From Octopus vulgaris (Eukaryota): 64,000 nucleotides of DNA. Location: NCBI GenBank assembly GCA_951406725.2, contig OX597822.1, forward strand, positions 117,862,001-117,926,000. The letters are read 5' to 3'. Below the pieces are notes generated by a model that saw only the letters and a list, made by a program, of their open reading frames with translations, had not been told where the DNA came from and made no database searches. The position numbers were made by a program, and so were the translations under genes. Below are positions 1 to 13,619 of this stretch, piece by piece (position 1 is the stretch's first letter; each line of letters opens with the position of its first letter).

Positions 1-200
1 GTGTGAGCGTGTGTGTGTGTGTGTGAGCGTGTGTGTGTGTGTGTGTGCGTGGGTGTGTGTAAGCACGAATGCACCTGTGCGTATAGATTGATAAATAAAA
101 ATAGATGTATATACGTAAACACACACACACACACACACACGTACAGACTATTTTCATATATATATGTATACATACATATATATATATATATATGTGTGTG

Positions 201-251
<51 letters not shown>

Positions 252-1102
252 CATTAATACCTTATACCCACCGCCTCTTGTACGGAGTCTGTGACCACGT
301 CGACGACTACGACGACGATAGTGATGGTGGCGATGATGATGATAATGGTGGTGATGACAGTCCATCTTATATAACTACCGAACAGTTACACAACAGGAAA
401 GAGTATATATATATATATATAAGGCAGGAAGTATACATGTTTTGAAGTAGCAATTACAAATATCGCACACATGAAGCACGCGCGCCTACACACACACACA
501 CACACATAAACTTATAGACACTGACACATGTATATAGTCATAGACACACACACACACACACAAGCATACACGCGCGCATACATATTGGTTTGCACGTCTA
601 TGTATATGAATAGTTTATATACATATGAAGATTCTATGAAGTGGCAGTGATGGTCGGAGTGCCGAGTGGATGATGCTACATCGCTCGCACTTGCTACCAG
701 GAGGAGTTCTCTCCACCAGCAACGTGGAATGGTCGTACGTCGTTTTGGTAAATTCCTCATTTCGAAAACCCAACAACAATGTAAGTAACTCTGTGATATT
801 CTTGGGTATTAGGGAGATTTCCTGGTGGATGTTTCATTTCCAGCTTCCATATACCATAACGAGCGCCGCCGTTTCCTCGCACAGGTAAACCTCGTCATGT
901 TTTTTTAGAGGTGTTTCTTTCAAGACGTTCGCCTCGCTCTCTCCATGCCATTCGCTTCTTAATATTATTGTCGTTCTTCTTGTTTGTTCGTGATGCTGTT
1001 GTTGTTGTTGTCGTCGTTATCATCTTGGTTGTTCATTGATGGTCTTGTCCTACTCCATGCTTTGATAATCTCCTTCTCGTCCACCTCATCCTCGTTCTCC
1101 TC

Positions 1103-1203
1103 TTTCTTCTTCTTCTTCTTCTTCTTCTTCTTCTTCTTCTTCTTCTTCTTCTTCTTCTTCTTCTTCTTCTTCTTCTTCTTCTTCTTCTTCTTCTTCTTTC
1201 TCC

Positions 1204-1281
<78 letters not shown>

Positions 1282-1298
1282 CATTATCATCATCATCA

Positions 1299-1351
<53 letters not shown>
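1103..1351. repeat. Compound trinucleotide microsatellite (CTT)n-(ATT)n-(ATC)n-(ATT)n
   Basis: Directly visible; explains the poly-K/N/F/L/I ORFs at 965-1361. Confidence 0.97.
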
Positions 1352-1353
<2 letters not shown>

Positions 1354-1356
1354 CTG

Positions 1357-1499
1357 TCTGAGTTCAAATTCCGCTGAGGTCGACATTGCCTTTTATCCTT
1401 TCGGGGTCGATGAATTAAGTACCAGCGAAACACTGGGGTCGATATAATCGACTAGTCCTCACCCACCAAATTTCAGGCCTTGTGCCCATAACACAAAGG

Positions 1500-1500
<1 letters not shown>
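1357..1500 (+). mobile_element. SINE family B, 5'-truncated copy
   Basis: tctgagttcaaattccgctgaggtcgac..gcctttt.atcctttcggggtcgat..attaagtaccag matches the full copy at 55910-56140. Confidence 0.85.
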
Positions 1501-1534
<34 letters not shown>

Positions 1535-1541
1535 CATTATA

Positions 1542-1599
<58 letters not shown>

Positions 1600-1703
1600 T
1601 ATGATTGTTATTGTTGTTGTTGTTGTTATTGTTCTTATTATTTATCTGATATCCCTTTGGCAAAGAAAGGAAATTATTTATATTGTCGACGTCGTCGTCG
1701 TCG

Positions 1704-1734
<31 letters not shown>

Positions 1735-1836
1735 TATCATTATCATTAGATGTACAAGAAGTTTATTCAATCGACCACACCCCTTCTTCATAAATATGTG
1801 TGCGTATATGTATATATAGGTGTGAGTGTATGTATC

Positions 1837-1867
<31 letters not shown>

Positions 1868-1878
1868 ATGTATGTGTG

Positions 1879-1913
<35 letters not shown>

Positions 1914-2570
1914 GTGTTTGCTTCTGTAATCCTTAATATTTACATTATTAAAGGATACAGGTAGATAATCCAGTCGGGAATGAAACAAGTAACGAGAAGG
2001 TGTTTATAAAGGTTCACTTAAAAAAACTAAGTGTACGTAGCTGTTGTTGGGAGCCGAGCAGTCTTCCGAAATATTCCAACCGTGACCATCTTGTCTCTGC
2101 ATTATCCTGAACTATATTGTTTAATACATTTTTCGGTTTGTTTGTTTTTTTTTCATTTTATTTTCATTTTTTTAAAATCCGTAATTAGTAATTTGCTAGA
2201 ATTTACTCGTATTGTCTCTGCTACTTTCTATGTTCACATTTTTAATTCGTAATCTCATCCACCACTACTACCACCACCACCACCACCACCACCACCACCG
2301 TCATCATCCCTAGTACAAACACCAACACCACCGTCATCATCCCTAGTACTACCACCACCATCACTACTACTATAACTACTGCTACTACTACTATTATAAT
2401 ATCTATAATAGGCACGTGGTCTCATGTTTCGAAGGTGGTATAGTAAAGTCTACTGAAACCACTTCTTTACTCGACTGGTACAACTTATTTTATCGATCGC
2501 CAGGGTGGAGACAGCTGAGACGGCCATGGCAAGATTGAGATAAGAACATAAAAGAACTTAGCTAAATGTC

Positions 2571-2770
2571 GGTTTCAGATTTTTGGCACAAGGCCAGCAA
2601 GTTCGGGTCAAGGTGTAAGTCGATTACATCGACCCCAGTGTTTAACTGGTACTTATGTTATCAGCCTCCGAAGAGGATGACAGCACAGTCGACGTCAGCT
2701 GAATTTGGGCTCAGAACGTAAAGACGGACGGAATGTCGCCAAGTCCTTTACGCGTCGTGCTCGCCGCCCT
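2571..2770 (-). mobile_element. SINE family B, diverged copy
   Basis: Reverse-complement similarity (gattacatcgaccccagt..ctggtactta; gaatttg..ctcagaacgtaa) to other family B copies. Confidence 0.8.
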
Positions 2771-3024
2771 ATGGGCTTAGCTAGATATCACAAGCTATTT
2801 AATTCTGATGCTCTACTGATTCTACTATCCATAGTTATAGTCGTATTAATTCTAGGCAGAGAGTGGGAATTGACAGTAATGTATTGAGGTCGAGAGGTAA
2901 CGATCAAGCTTTTGGGTAACTCCATGTTGTATAACTGCATATAGTAACAATTGCATTAATGTCAACATCACTCTGAGAGGTTTCAATCATGAAATGAAGG
3001 TTTCAAGCATATAACGTGAAGCAT

Positions 3025-3039
3025 ATAACAACAACAACA

Positions 3040-3132
<93 letters not shown>

Positions 3133-3236
3133 ACTGATCCTGCTGCTACTACAACTACTACTACTACTATTACAACTACTACTACTACTACCACCACTAC
3201 CACCACCACCACCACCACAACTACTACTACCAGTAT

Positions 3237-3277
<41 letters not shown>

Positions 3278-3293
3278 ATAATAATAATAACAC

Positions 3294-3347
<54 letters not shown>

Positions 3348-3356
3348 TATGATAAT
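3025..3356. repeat. Compound trinucleotide array (ACA/ACT/GCT/ACC/AAT)n
   Basis: Directly visible; source of the poly-T/poly-V ORFs. Confidence 0.95.
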
Positions 3357-3603
3357 GGGCAGCAATTTTGGGGAGGGGATATTTCGATTACATCGACCTC
3401 AGTTTTCAACTGGTACTGAAATTTGGGGAGAGGGCTAGTCGATTATATCGACCCCAGTCTTTCATGGTACTTAAATTATCGACCCCGAGAAGATGAAAGG
3501 CAAAGTAGGCCTCGGCGGAATTTGAACTCAAAACGTGCAGACAGACGAAGCGCCGCAAAGCATTTCACTTGATGTGCCAATGACTCTGTCAGCTTGCCGC
3601 CTT
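3357..3603 (-). mobile_element. SINE family B with a duplicated 3' segment
   Basis: gaccccga..gatgaaaggcaaagt..cctcggcggaatttgaactca; the gattacatcgacc.cagt block occurs twice. Confidence 0.8.
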
Positions 3604-4937
3604 AATATTAACAACAACAACAACAACAACAATAATAATAATAACAATCATGATAATGATATTGCAGTACCAAGCAGTGGCACTTATGCATTTGTCCGGA
3701 TGCATTACCAGGCAGAGGCTCCCATGGCTTTTGATCTCAACTGATTGGAAGGTGTCCTGGCCCAGGACCAGACAGTAGACCTCATGGTTTTTTTTATTTG
3801 AACTGATTGAAAGTTTTATCATGTACATGTTTTCTCTCCTTGGAGATAGCGGGCTGCAGAAAATCGCTTGGCGAGCCACATGCGGTCCACGGGCCGCTAT
3901 TTGGAGACTCCTGTTCTACATCAATAGAGACGGATGCGGCTAGAAACGGATGAGACACATTATCGAAAAGAAATTAAAGTCGTGGTTATTTGCACCTGGC
4001 GTGGAACATTTACCATGGTTACCATGGACCATTTACTGTATTATATATTGTACTATGAATATAATATTGCTTCTGCACTGTATTGTGTCTGTATTGTATA
4101 GGAATTTCTATACCAACTGATATAGATTTTTCAAGTGTTTCCATAATTTGGGAATATTATTTTGCAAGGAAGTGAGGGGATAATACCTGGCCGCTGTAAA
4201 ATTTACGAGACATTTATAATGAAATATCCCCAACAGAGAGAAGAACTACTCTGTGCCGATCACTTAAATTTCAGACCACCAAAGATAAATACCTCTTCTA
4301 ATATTCTGCCCCTTCACACACAGGTGTATATTCAAAGAATACCGTTTAGCCCAGGTATTGTGCATTACTTCATTCGTCCAACGCTCGGCACCGCCAAATT
4401 TACAACAGAACAGGACGTTGGTAAAGGCTTGGCTGGTGTCACAAAAGCCTTGTTTTTATCCTTTTAGTCATGCCCAGCAACATTGCATATTTCACCATAG
4501 CCAATACTAATATTTTAACTTTGTCATAAGACCTTACACTTAGGCGTGAGAGGAGATCACAGTGGTTCAGATCGCCAGTGGTACTTGATTGGCTGGGTGG
4601 TAGATTTAATCCATCGTTCAGTTTAATAGCAACACCATCCTTTCTTTAATTAATCTTTCCTTTTGTTGCAAACATTAGGACCAGGTTATCCAGACGAGAG
4701 ATAAATTTCGACTTACCTCCTACTACTCTCGTATACTAGCAAAACAGTTACAAGTGCTGACATATATCTTTTGACTAAGCCATATCAGCAAATCTTTCAT
4801 TGACCCGGTAAAAGGAAGAGTAACTCAGATCGTATTCCAGAGGATCTAAACCCACAAATTACAGCTAAAAGAAGCAAGGCATTTTCACGGCCCCTCTATT
4901 AATTCTATTATTCTCTACTCTTGTCTGTTCTAACACA

Positions 4938-5244
4938 TGGAGGCACATGGCCTAGTGGTTAGAGTAGCGGACTCGCGGTCGAGGGATCGCGGGTTCGAAT
5001 CTCAGACTGGGCGATATGTGTGTTTATGAGCGAAACACCTAAGCTCCGCGCGACTCCGGCAGAAGGTAATGGTGAACTTCTGTTGACTCTTTTGTCACAA
5101 CTTTCTCTCACTCTTTCCTCCTGCATCTTGCAGCTCATCTGCGACGGACCGGCGTCACGTCCAGGTGGGGAACCTATACGCCAAGAAACCGGAAAACCGG
5201 CCCTTATGAGCCAAGCATGGCTCGAGAAGGAACAAACAAAAAAA
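4938..5244 (+). mobile_element. tRNA(Arg)-derived SINE family C (octopus OR-type-like), full length
   Basis: A box tggcctagtgg, B box ggttcgaatc, TCG anticodon-like loop, A-rich tail; 13-bp TSD ctgttctaacaca at 4925-4937 and 5245-5257. Confidence 0.93.
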
Positions 5245-5369
5245 CTGTTCTAACACAGACACAGGTGAGAAATTTATGGCAGAGATATAGATAGTCGATT
5301 ACACGTACTCCAGTACATCACTGGTACATATTAAATAGCAATAAAAAAAAATTATCCATTAGCCTTCAC

Positions 5370-5600
5370 CCACTGTTTCTGAGAGGGACATGGGGGTAGA
5401 ATCCTTAGGCACCTCCTTCATAGCAACCTTTCAGAAGCCACCGCCATGACACTTTCCGACTGGATTCCCTAGTGTGACCAGCTGAGACAATGTATATTAT
5501 CCGATTACCGCATTCTTGGTCTTCTTCGAGGTGTTTAAGCCGGTCGGCACAGCTTAAAGCATCCGTCTTGCGATTATCTCCTGCAACATTTTAATCACAT
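5370..5600 (-). mobile_element. Decayed RTE-clade LINE 3' coding remnant
   Basis: Minus-strand conceptual translation resembles the RTE C-terminus (HV.RM..E.IARRML.A.PTG..PR.RPRMR..DNI) with stops and frameshifts. Confidence 0.6.
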
Positions 5601-6164
5601 TTATACACATTTATAATAAGGCACATGGTCAGAAATTGTATTCAACTCAGTTGGTTATATACACACTCATGATCAAAGCAAATTTGACCTCGCTAGGACT
5701 GGAAATCAGAATATAAAAAGCCGGTAAAATATCGCATAATATTTTCTCCGACATCTTAACGATTCTCCTAAATCGCCGCTCCTCATAATAGTAAAAATAA
5801 TGAATTTTCCCCAAAGCCATGTGATGTTATTTTATCAGGCTTTTGTAATCGATTGTTTCATTCAACATCCAATGAGAAAACACTCAGCTGATTCTTACTA
5901 AGCCGGATATTGCATAAGGATGTCCATTCACCAAGGCCATGGTTGTTTAACATCATTTATCGGACGCAACGACAATTTCTAAGACTTCTGGACTAGACAG
6001 AGTTCGCGTGTATTTGATTTTTTTATTTCAACTGATGGACGTGATTTTCGAAGAACAAAGATAATGATACAAACACAATTAGTATGCACGTGCTCTCTCT
6101 CTCTCATTCACACAGATACTACACTTCAAACGTCCCCCCTTTCACATGCATATGTATATATATA

Positions 6165-6580
6165 GGCGCAGGAGTGGCTGTGTGGTAAGTAGCTTGCTAA
6201 CCAACCACATGGTTCCGGGTTCAGTCCCACTGCGTGGCATCTTGGGCAAGTGTCTTCTGCTATAGCCCCGGGCCGACCAATGCCTTGTGAGTGGATTTGG
6301 TAGACGGAAACTGAAAGAAACCTGTCGTATATATGTATATATATATTTATGTGTGTATGTGTGTGTATGTTTGTGTGTCTGTGTTTGTCCCCCTAGCATT
6401 GCTTGACAACCGATGCTGGTGTGTTTACGTCCCCGTCACTTAGCGGTTCGGCAAAAGAGACCGATAGAATAAGTACTGGGCTTACAAAGAATAAGTCCCG
6501 GGGTCGATTTGCTCGACTAAAGGCGGTGCTCCAGCATGGCCGCAGTCAAATGACTGAAACAATTAAAAGAGAAAAAGAGA

Positions 6581-6582
<2 letters not shown>
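6165..6582 (+). mobile_element. tRNA-derived SINE family A with internal (TA)/(TG) microsatellite, full length
   Basis: Head ggcgcaggagtggctgtgtggtaag..gggttcagtccc, CORE-like cttgggcaagtgtctt, tail ggcggtgctccagcatggccgcagtcaaatgactgaaaca; about 10 copies in the window. Confidence 0.93.
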
Positions 6583-6630
<48 letters not shown>

Positions 6631-6638
6631 TTATATTT

Positions 6639-7138
6639 GGGATAAAATAATTATTATAAAATAATTATATCAGTGGCCAGCATGCAATTAAAACCCATAG
6701 AGGTAAAAGTTAATATAGATTTATAATTATATATAAAAAATATATAATCGTAATGAAGGGCGCATGGAAAAAGTACCAGCATGCTAGAAATAGAAGTAAA
6801 AGAAAGACTCTGGAACACCTATTTCACTTTTTTGCATAGGTGAATGCGAGGTGAAATGTGCAAAATAATTAAGCACACCTTTAACAGATTAATAGATAAT
6901 CCCATATCGATCGATATTTACTTGTGAAAAATAGTGAAACAGGTGGTTTAGACTCTTTTTGACTTCTGTTTCTAGCATGTTGGTAATTTTTCTAGGTACC
7001 CTTCATTATTTCTATATATATAATATAATTATATATATTTCTATATATAATTATAAATGTATATTAATTTTTAACTCTGTGGTTTTTAATTGCATGCTGG
7101 CCATTGATATTATTGTTATTATTTTATAATTTTATCCC
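6639..7138. repeat. About 500-bp imperfect inverted repeat (foldback) inserted in a (TA)n tract
   Basis: Arms about 6639-6830 and 6930-7138: tggccagcatgcaattaaaa vs ttttaattgcatgctggcca; catgctagaaatagaagt vs acttctgtttctagcatg. Confidence 0.9.
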
Positions 7139-7179
7139 TTTTGTATATATAGATTTGTATGTATATTTTTAATAGATTT

Positions 7180-7232
<53 letters not shown>

Positions 7233-7235
<3 letters not shown>

Positions 7236-7353
7236 GTGGCTGTGTGGTAAGTAGCTTGCTTACCAGCCACATGGTTCCGGGTTCATTCCCAGAGCGTGGC
7301 ACCTTGGGCAAGTGTTTTCTACTAGAGCCTCGACCCGACCAAAGCCTTATGAG
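7233..7353 (+). mobile_element. SINE family A, 5' fragment
   Basis: gtggctgtgtggtaagtagcttgct..ggttccgggttca..ccttgggcaagtg. Confidence 0.85.
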
Positions 7354-8191
7354 TATATATATTTACAAACATACATGTGTGCATGTGTGTGCATGTGTGT
7401 GTGTGTGTTTGTGCATAACTATACATACATTGATACATGAATACGAATGTGGTTAGAAAAATACAAGAAAAAGAGGATATCTCTGGACCATTGGTAAGAA
7501 GTTTGCAAATCCAGTCCTCAAGTTGTACTTTCAGCCTCATACTTGTTACTAGTGGAGCAGCTGGATACATATCAACCTGCTTGTAGCAAAGTATGCTGAA
7601 ATTGAGATGTTGGTGAGGAAAGCAAACCCTTAATTCATATGCTACAAAAGACCACGACTGTAAAAGTCTGCAAGGCCTTCTTCAAATTTCAAGGATGGGG
7701 ATTAAAACGCGATGCTTTCCTTCGCAACCTTCCTACCAAGCAGGTGGCCGTTCATAATTTACTCTAGAATTAACAAGAGAACGAGAACATACGTACATAC
7801 ATACATACATACATACATACATACATACATACATACATACATACATACATACATACATACATACATACATACATACACACATACATAGATAGGTTTAGTG
7901 GTGCCAAAGGAGAATAGAATTCGGAACATGAGTTTATATACGTTTTTATTTTAATAATTGGCAGAAATCATAGAATGGATCAGAGGACGAGGGTTTTGTG
8001 CGTTGATACTTACCAAAGTGGTTTTAAATAAGGGTGGGGTTACATTGATATACTGCTGGTAATGGTATTTCTTGTACAATCCAACGAAATACCATTATCA
8101 AAGGTATACAAATGTGATCACCTTTGATTTGAAACCAATTTAATAAGTGTCAATGCATGCAGCACAGAACCACTGGGTCACAGCAATTTAA

Positions 8192-8730
<539 letters not shown>

Positions 8731-9520
8731 GCTGTGTGTGTGAGTACGTATGTATGCATGTATATATGAGTGTATACATGTATGTCTATGCATATGTATT
8801 TATGTATGTATTTATCTCTCTCTATATGTACAACTCACACACACACACACACACGCACACACACACTTATTGAGGCCACTATACTACAATATCGAACATA
8901 AATATATAATACAGTGTCTGCTTTATAATGTGAACTGACACCTTAGGATCGAACATATTTCAATAGTTTATAAGTAATTCTCTATAGTAATAAAAGGGCT
9001 AGTTTTATTCTCAATATGCTAATTGTTAATTGGCTCTAAGTCTACGATCATCAATGTCTCTTGTCATTAACGATGGTGAGCTGTACGTGTCACTATATCA
9101 TATAAAATATATATTTTGTTATTTCTTATAGTCTTTTGTACAAAGGTTACTCATTATGTCAAGCATAAAACTATGAGTGTTGTCTATACCAGTAATTATC
9201 ACAGGAATATATATTACCACAACTTCAGTTGGTTGTTGTAAATGTATATTTGACTGTATTAGACATATATAAATATACATACATATCTACACACACACAC
9301 ATGTACACACACACACACACACATACATACTTACAAACACACGCATAGATATATAAGGTCAAATTCTCTACAGAGTTATTGGTCTGAGTTAAGTAGATCG
9401 AATGAAGGATTCGGGTTCAACATAGCGTAGGCTGTATAAAGGTGATAGACTGAGATACGTACTTCCTAATGAGGTGTTTGCTGACGTCCATCCTCCCCTC
9501 TCTCACCTTATATATATATA

Positions 9521-9817
9521 ATGGCCTAGTAGTTAGGGCAGCGGACTCGCGGTCATAGGATCGCGGTTTCGATTCCCAGACCGGGCGTTGTGTGTGTTTA
9601 TTCAGCGAAAACACCTAAAAAGCTCCACGAGACTCCGGCAGGGGGTGGTGATCCCTGTTGTACTCTTTCGCCACAACTTTCTCTCACTCTTTCTTCTGTT
9701 GGCCTGCTCGCTTAGCCAGCGGGGTGGCGTCATTCGAAGGCTAAAACAATGCGAACGCATTGTGACCAGCGATGTGTAACAACATCTGATGGTCTGGTCG
9801 GTCACGTGATCACGTGA
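9521..9817 (+). mobile_element. tRNA(Arg)-headed SINE, family C head with a different 3' module
   Basis: Head gcggactcgcggtc..gatcgcggtttcgattcc and the acaactttctctcactctt block are shared with 4938; distinct tail ending ggtcacgtgat; flanked by (TA)n. Confidence 0.85.
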
Positions 9818-9863
<46 letters not shown>

Positions 9864-10128
9864 CCAGATTGGAGCAATCTCAAAAATAATCAGCAGAAAT
9901 TGCGCGGATAATCTGGTTCTTGACTGAAGAAAGAAAACTTCGAATGACCCGTCCTTGTTTTCTTTGTATCGTCTATCTGGATGTTTTGTTGTCCCTTTCT
10001 GTATCACCTAATTGTCCGGATGTTTTGCGTTCTTGTCCCATTTTGTATTTTATATTTTATTTTAAAAAATTTTTATCTAGTTTCAGCTCACAAGCCGTGG
10101 CCATGCTGGGGCACCGCCATTATGTGTA

Positions 10129-10160
<32 letters not shown>

Positions 10161-10236
10161 TACACACATTTTTTCACTCTTTTTTTCACTCCTCATTTTC
10201 TCTCCTTGTTTGTCTCTTTGTTTTTGTTTCTGTGTC

Positions 10237-10274
10237 CCTTTCTGTAGAAGAGCGTAGGCTCGAAACATAAAATA
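10237..10274 (+). ncRNA. Hammerhead-like motif, family H1 (core CUGUAGA), within a short element at about 10160-10366
   Basis: ttt-CTGTAGA-a-gagc gtag gctc-GAAAC-ata-aaa; same family as 24555 and 44247. Confidence 0.55.
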
Positions 10275-10363
10275 CTTTTTCTATTCCTGAGCGTTATACT
10301 AATACATCTGTTTGTTTTGTACACCCCCTGTCTTCGTCTTTTGTGTTTTTTTTGTAAAAATCT

Positions 10364-10411
<48 letters not shown>

Positions 10412-10593
10412 ATTAGGGCTTAGTAAAATAAATTACTTTGCCACATACTGAACTTAGTAGAAATAGCAGCAAAAAAAATTTTTTTTAGCCATTTCTACTA
10501 CTTAAAGAAAATTTCTCTCAGATAATGTTTACTCCAGACAGCTCACGAAGGTTTGGAGGTAAATACAGAAATATATCACAAGTACATAGATCG

Positions 10594-10656
10594 TTTGAGT
10601 ACGTCAACGTTTCAAGATTAGCCAAATAAAATCAGCATTTCTTTCGTCAGCTCAAA
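10594..10656 (-). ncRNA. Type-I hammerhead ribozyme motif, canonical core, family H2 (element about 10400-10752)
   Basis: Minus strand: tttgag-CTGACGA-aaga..tctt-GAAA-cgttgacg-TA-ctcaaa; 6-bp stem I, near-palindromic stem III. Confidence 0.75.
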
Positions 10657-10749
10657 ATTTCTTAATTTCTTAATTTCGCCTTAAATGGTCCTTTTACATA
10701 CTGAACACTTGGTGAAATTGATTAATTAATTAATTTTACCCTCAATTGT

Positions 10750-10798
<49 letters not shown>

Positions 10799-11507
10799 TA
10801 CATATATATATATGCATATATATATATATATATCGTTACTCATAGTGATCACCTGATTACTCCCTGATTTTAACCCCAGGATTGCAATCCTCCCTTGACC
10901 TGATCGCTATAAAATTGTAGGATGAAAGTAATACGCTTGAAATTTTGCAGTACTCAACTACATCTTGTTTTCTTTAGCCCCTTGTATATTGGACTTAGGT
11001 ACCCCCACGGACTCTTTTCCTATTATCAGCATTCTTTTTCTTGTCTTTTTCTTTGTTTTTTTGGGGGGGGGTTTTCTAGCTTGATATAGTTTGGTATCGA
11101 CAGTGTGGATGGTGAGAATAGTTGACTGGCTTTATATGACTTAAAGAGACCATGTATGACAAAGCCACCGCATACAAGATTGATTGGCGAACAGTTCCCG
11201 AATGGATTCCGCTTAGAATTAATCTTTCTCCCACGAGACCACCGTTGCCTGCAAATGCTAGCTATTAATGTGACACAGTCGCTCCTTTAGTTCCATCGAA
11301 GTTAAGGTCACGCAAACAAGCGTGTGGGCGCGCACGCACAAACATGCACTCGCAAAGGCAAATCTACGCACGCGCACGAGCGGATGTGTATATATATATT
11401 TATTTATTTATTTATTTATTTATCTATCCGTACATACATATCTATCTATCGATCGATCGATCTATCTATATACACATATATGCATATATGTATATATAGA
11501 TACACAC

Positions 11508-11540
<33 letters not shown>

Positions 11541-12421
11541 GAGAGAGAGAGTGAGAGATTTATATATATACGCACACATTTATATATACTCATAGTATAT
11601 ATATACATATATATATACATGTATACGCACACATACACACGCAGACACACTCACACACATATATATATATGAAGTGTGTAGCTTTATGCCTGAATGCATC
11701 AAATCTGCTTTAGTGCATTTCACAGGCAAGAAGTATCTTCCAGGTTTACTAACTTGAAATCAATCCAAAGGCTTTATATGGTTCTAATTAAACAAGTTAC
11801 ATCCATATTGGAGATTTCATAAAGCAACTGCAATTAAATTAAACATTTCTGCAGCAACAGTTCCCGTGAAAGCAAACTATTTCATCGTCAATGTTAAATC
11901 ATTGTTAATTATCGACAGTGTCACAAAGAAGCACATTTCCAAAAGCACGCTTTTTTCTCTATTTTTACTAAATTGTGTTCCCCTATTTCTAAAGGCAAGC
12001 ATCTCTCAAGAATGGAATATATTGAATAGACATTACATTTTAGGAAATATATATATAATACTGAATATTGTAATTATAGCAATTAAGGAGATTATAGCGC
12101 TATACTGTATACGTTGGCCCTATTAAATTCCAATATTCATAATACAGAGTGTAGTAAAAACCTCCAGCATTTAAACATTATTGATAAACATTTCAAAAGC
12201 AAGCGCAGTCAGTGAACCACAATAACAAGTGAAACAAAAGAATAAAGTATTTGGTAGATGGAGATATTGTGACCATTTGCTTAGCATCACAAGCGACACA
12301 GCACGAGCCGTGGGAAATATGGGAGGTGTTTCTGCTCATTAACGTCATTGACAAATCCCATATATTTGTTCTAAAGTATATGTGTGTGTGTGTGCGTGTG
12401 TGTTTGTTTGTGTGTGTGTGC

Positions 12422-12497
<76 letters not shown>

Positions 12498-12565
12498 ATT
12501 ACGCCTATACAAATCCACTCGGAAGTGACTTATAGTATTTATGAATAGATTTCGCGTCCTTGAAG

Positions 12566-12798
12566 TCGGCAAGCTAGCAGAAACGTTTGCACGCCGGGCG
12601 AAATCCTTAATCGGTATTTCATCTGCCGCTACGTTCTGGGTTCAAATTCCGCCGAGGTCGACTTTGCCTTTCATCCTTTCGGGGCCGATTAAATAAGGAC
12701 CAGTTATGCACTGGGGTCGATATATCCGACTTAATCCGTTTGTCTGTCCTTGTTTATCCCCTCTGCGTGTAGCCCCTTGTGAGCTGTAAAGAAATAAG
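12566..12798 (+). mobile_element. SINE family B, full length
   Basis: gcagaaacgtt..cacgccgggcgaaat..ttcaaattccgccgaggtcgactttgcctttcatcctttcgggg; tail agccccttgtg..taaagaaa. Confidence 0.9.
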
Positions 12799-13462
12799 AA
12801 TAAATTTCACGCCCTGAAGCGAAGCCGGTTTAACAAATATCCTGTGATGCACATATCATAACTCCAGCTTGTCCAGCCTTCTTATTAACACAGACCAACA
12901 AACAAAATAAAAATGCAGTGCGCATTTATATTTACCAAAGTAATGTAGAAATTCTGGTGCAGATGAGAAAATTGTGAAACACATGAATCAAATTGCTTCA
13001 TTTGTCATGCAATGACAAGCCTCTTCTTTTTGACCATCAAAGAAATAAAATATTGCATGCACGACACAGTATATCCAATAAATATACATAAGAATACAAT
13101 AGTCGAAAACACTGCAATCCTACGAAGATACTCTGTAAATGAAACGAGTATCTAAAGAACTGTAGATAATTCAACAATATATGCTGAAAATTAATAGGCA
13201 TACGAGAAATTAAATACGAACGCTTCCAACGTAACCGTTCAATAATTTTAAAATATGGAGGCCTGCAAAACATTTCTAAAAATATCTACACTGCCGTAAT
13301 CTTTTTCGACTCTAGGCAGTGTGCGAGAAGATCCGCCATTTTACTGTCGTTACGTTCTGATGATAGAACAGGTACGAATAGATTTGAGAACGCTGAGGTA
13401 TTTGTGAAAAAATCACAAATAAAAATACAAAACTCGAACACAGTTGTGTTCTTGTGCATACA

Positions 13463-13511
<49 letters not shown>

Positions 13512-13619
13512 GGATACCAACACCTTTCATATTATTGTTACGTAACTATAACTGCTTTCTGGGTCTTCTGGATACCAACACCACTCTTATATATATATAT
13601 ATAAAACACTTTATATGTA

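Noticed and set aside
965-3438. Poly-N/K/T/V ORFs resembling mucin or low-complexity proteins
   Set aside because: Trinucleotide microsatellites open on both strands and adjoining SINEs.
4938-5012. tRNA-Arg gene (also heads at 9521, 18430, 29041, 42318 and 48541)
   Set aside because: tRNA-like heads continue into repeated SINE bodies, several with TSDs; no proper acceptor stem or poly-T terminator.
6142-6645. Recurrent ORFs such as RQ.SFSFRLPNPLTR.WSARGYSRRHLPK
   Set aside because: Chance frames of SINE family A, repeated at each copy.
9915-9955. ctgaaga-aag aaaa ctt-cgaa as another hammerhead
   Set aside because: Lacks GAAA, and stems I and III cannot be formed.
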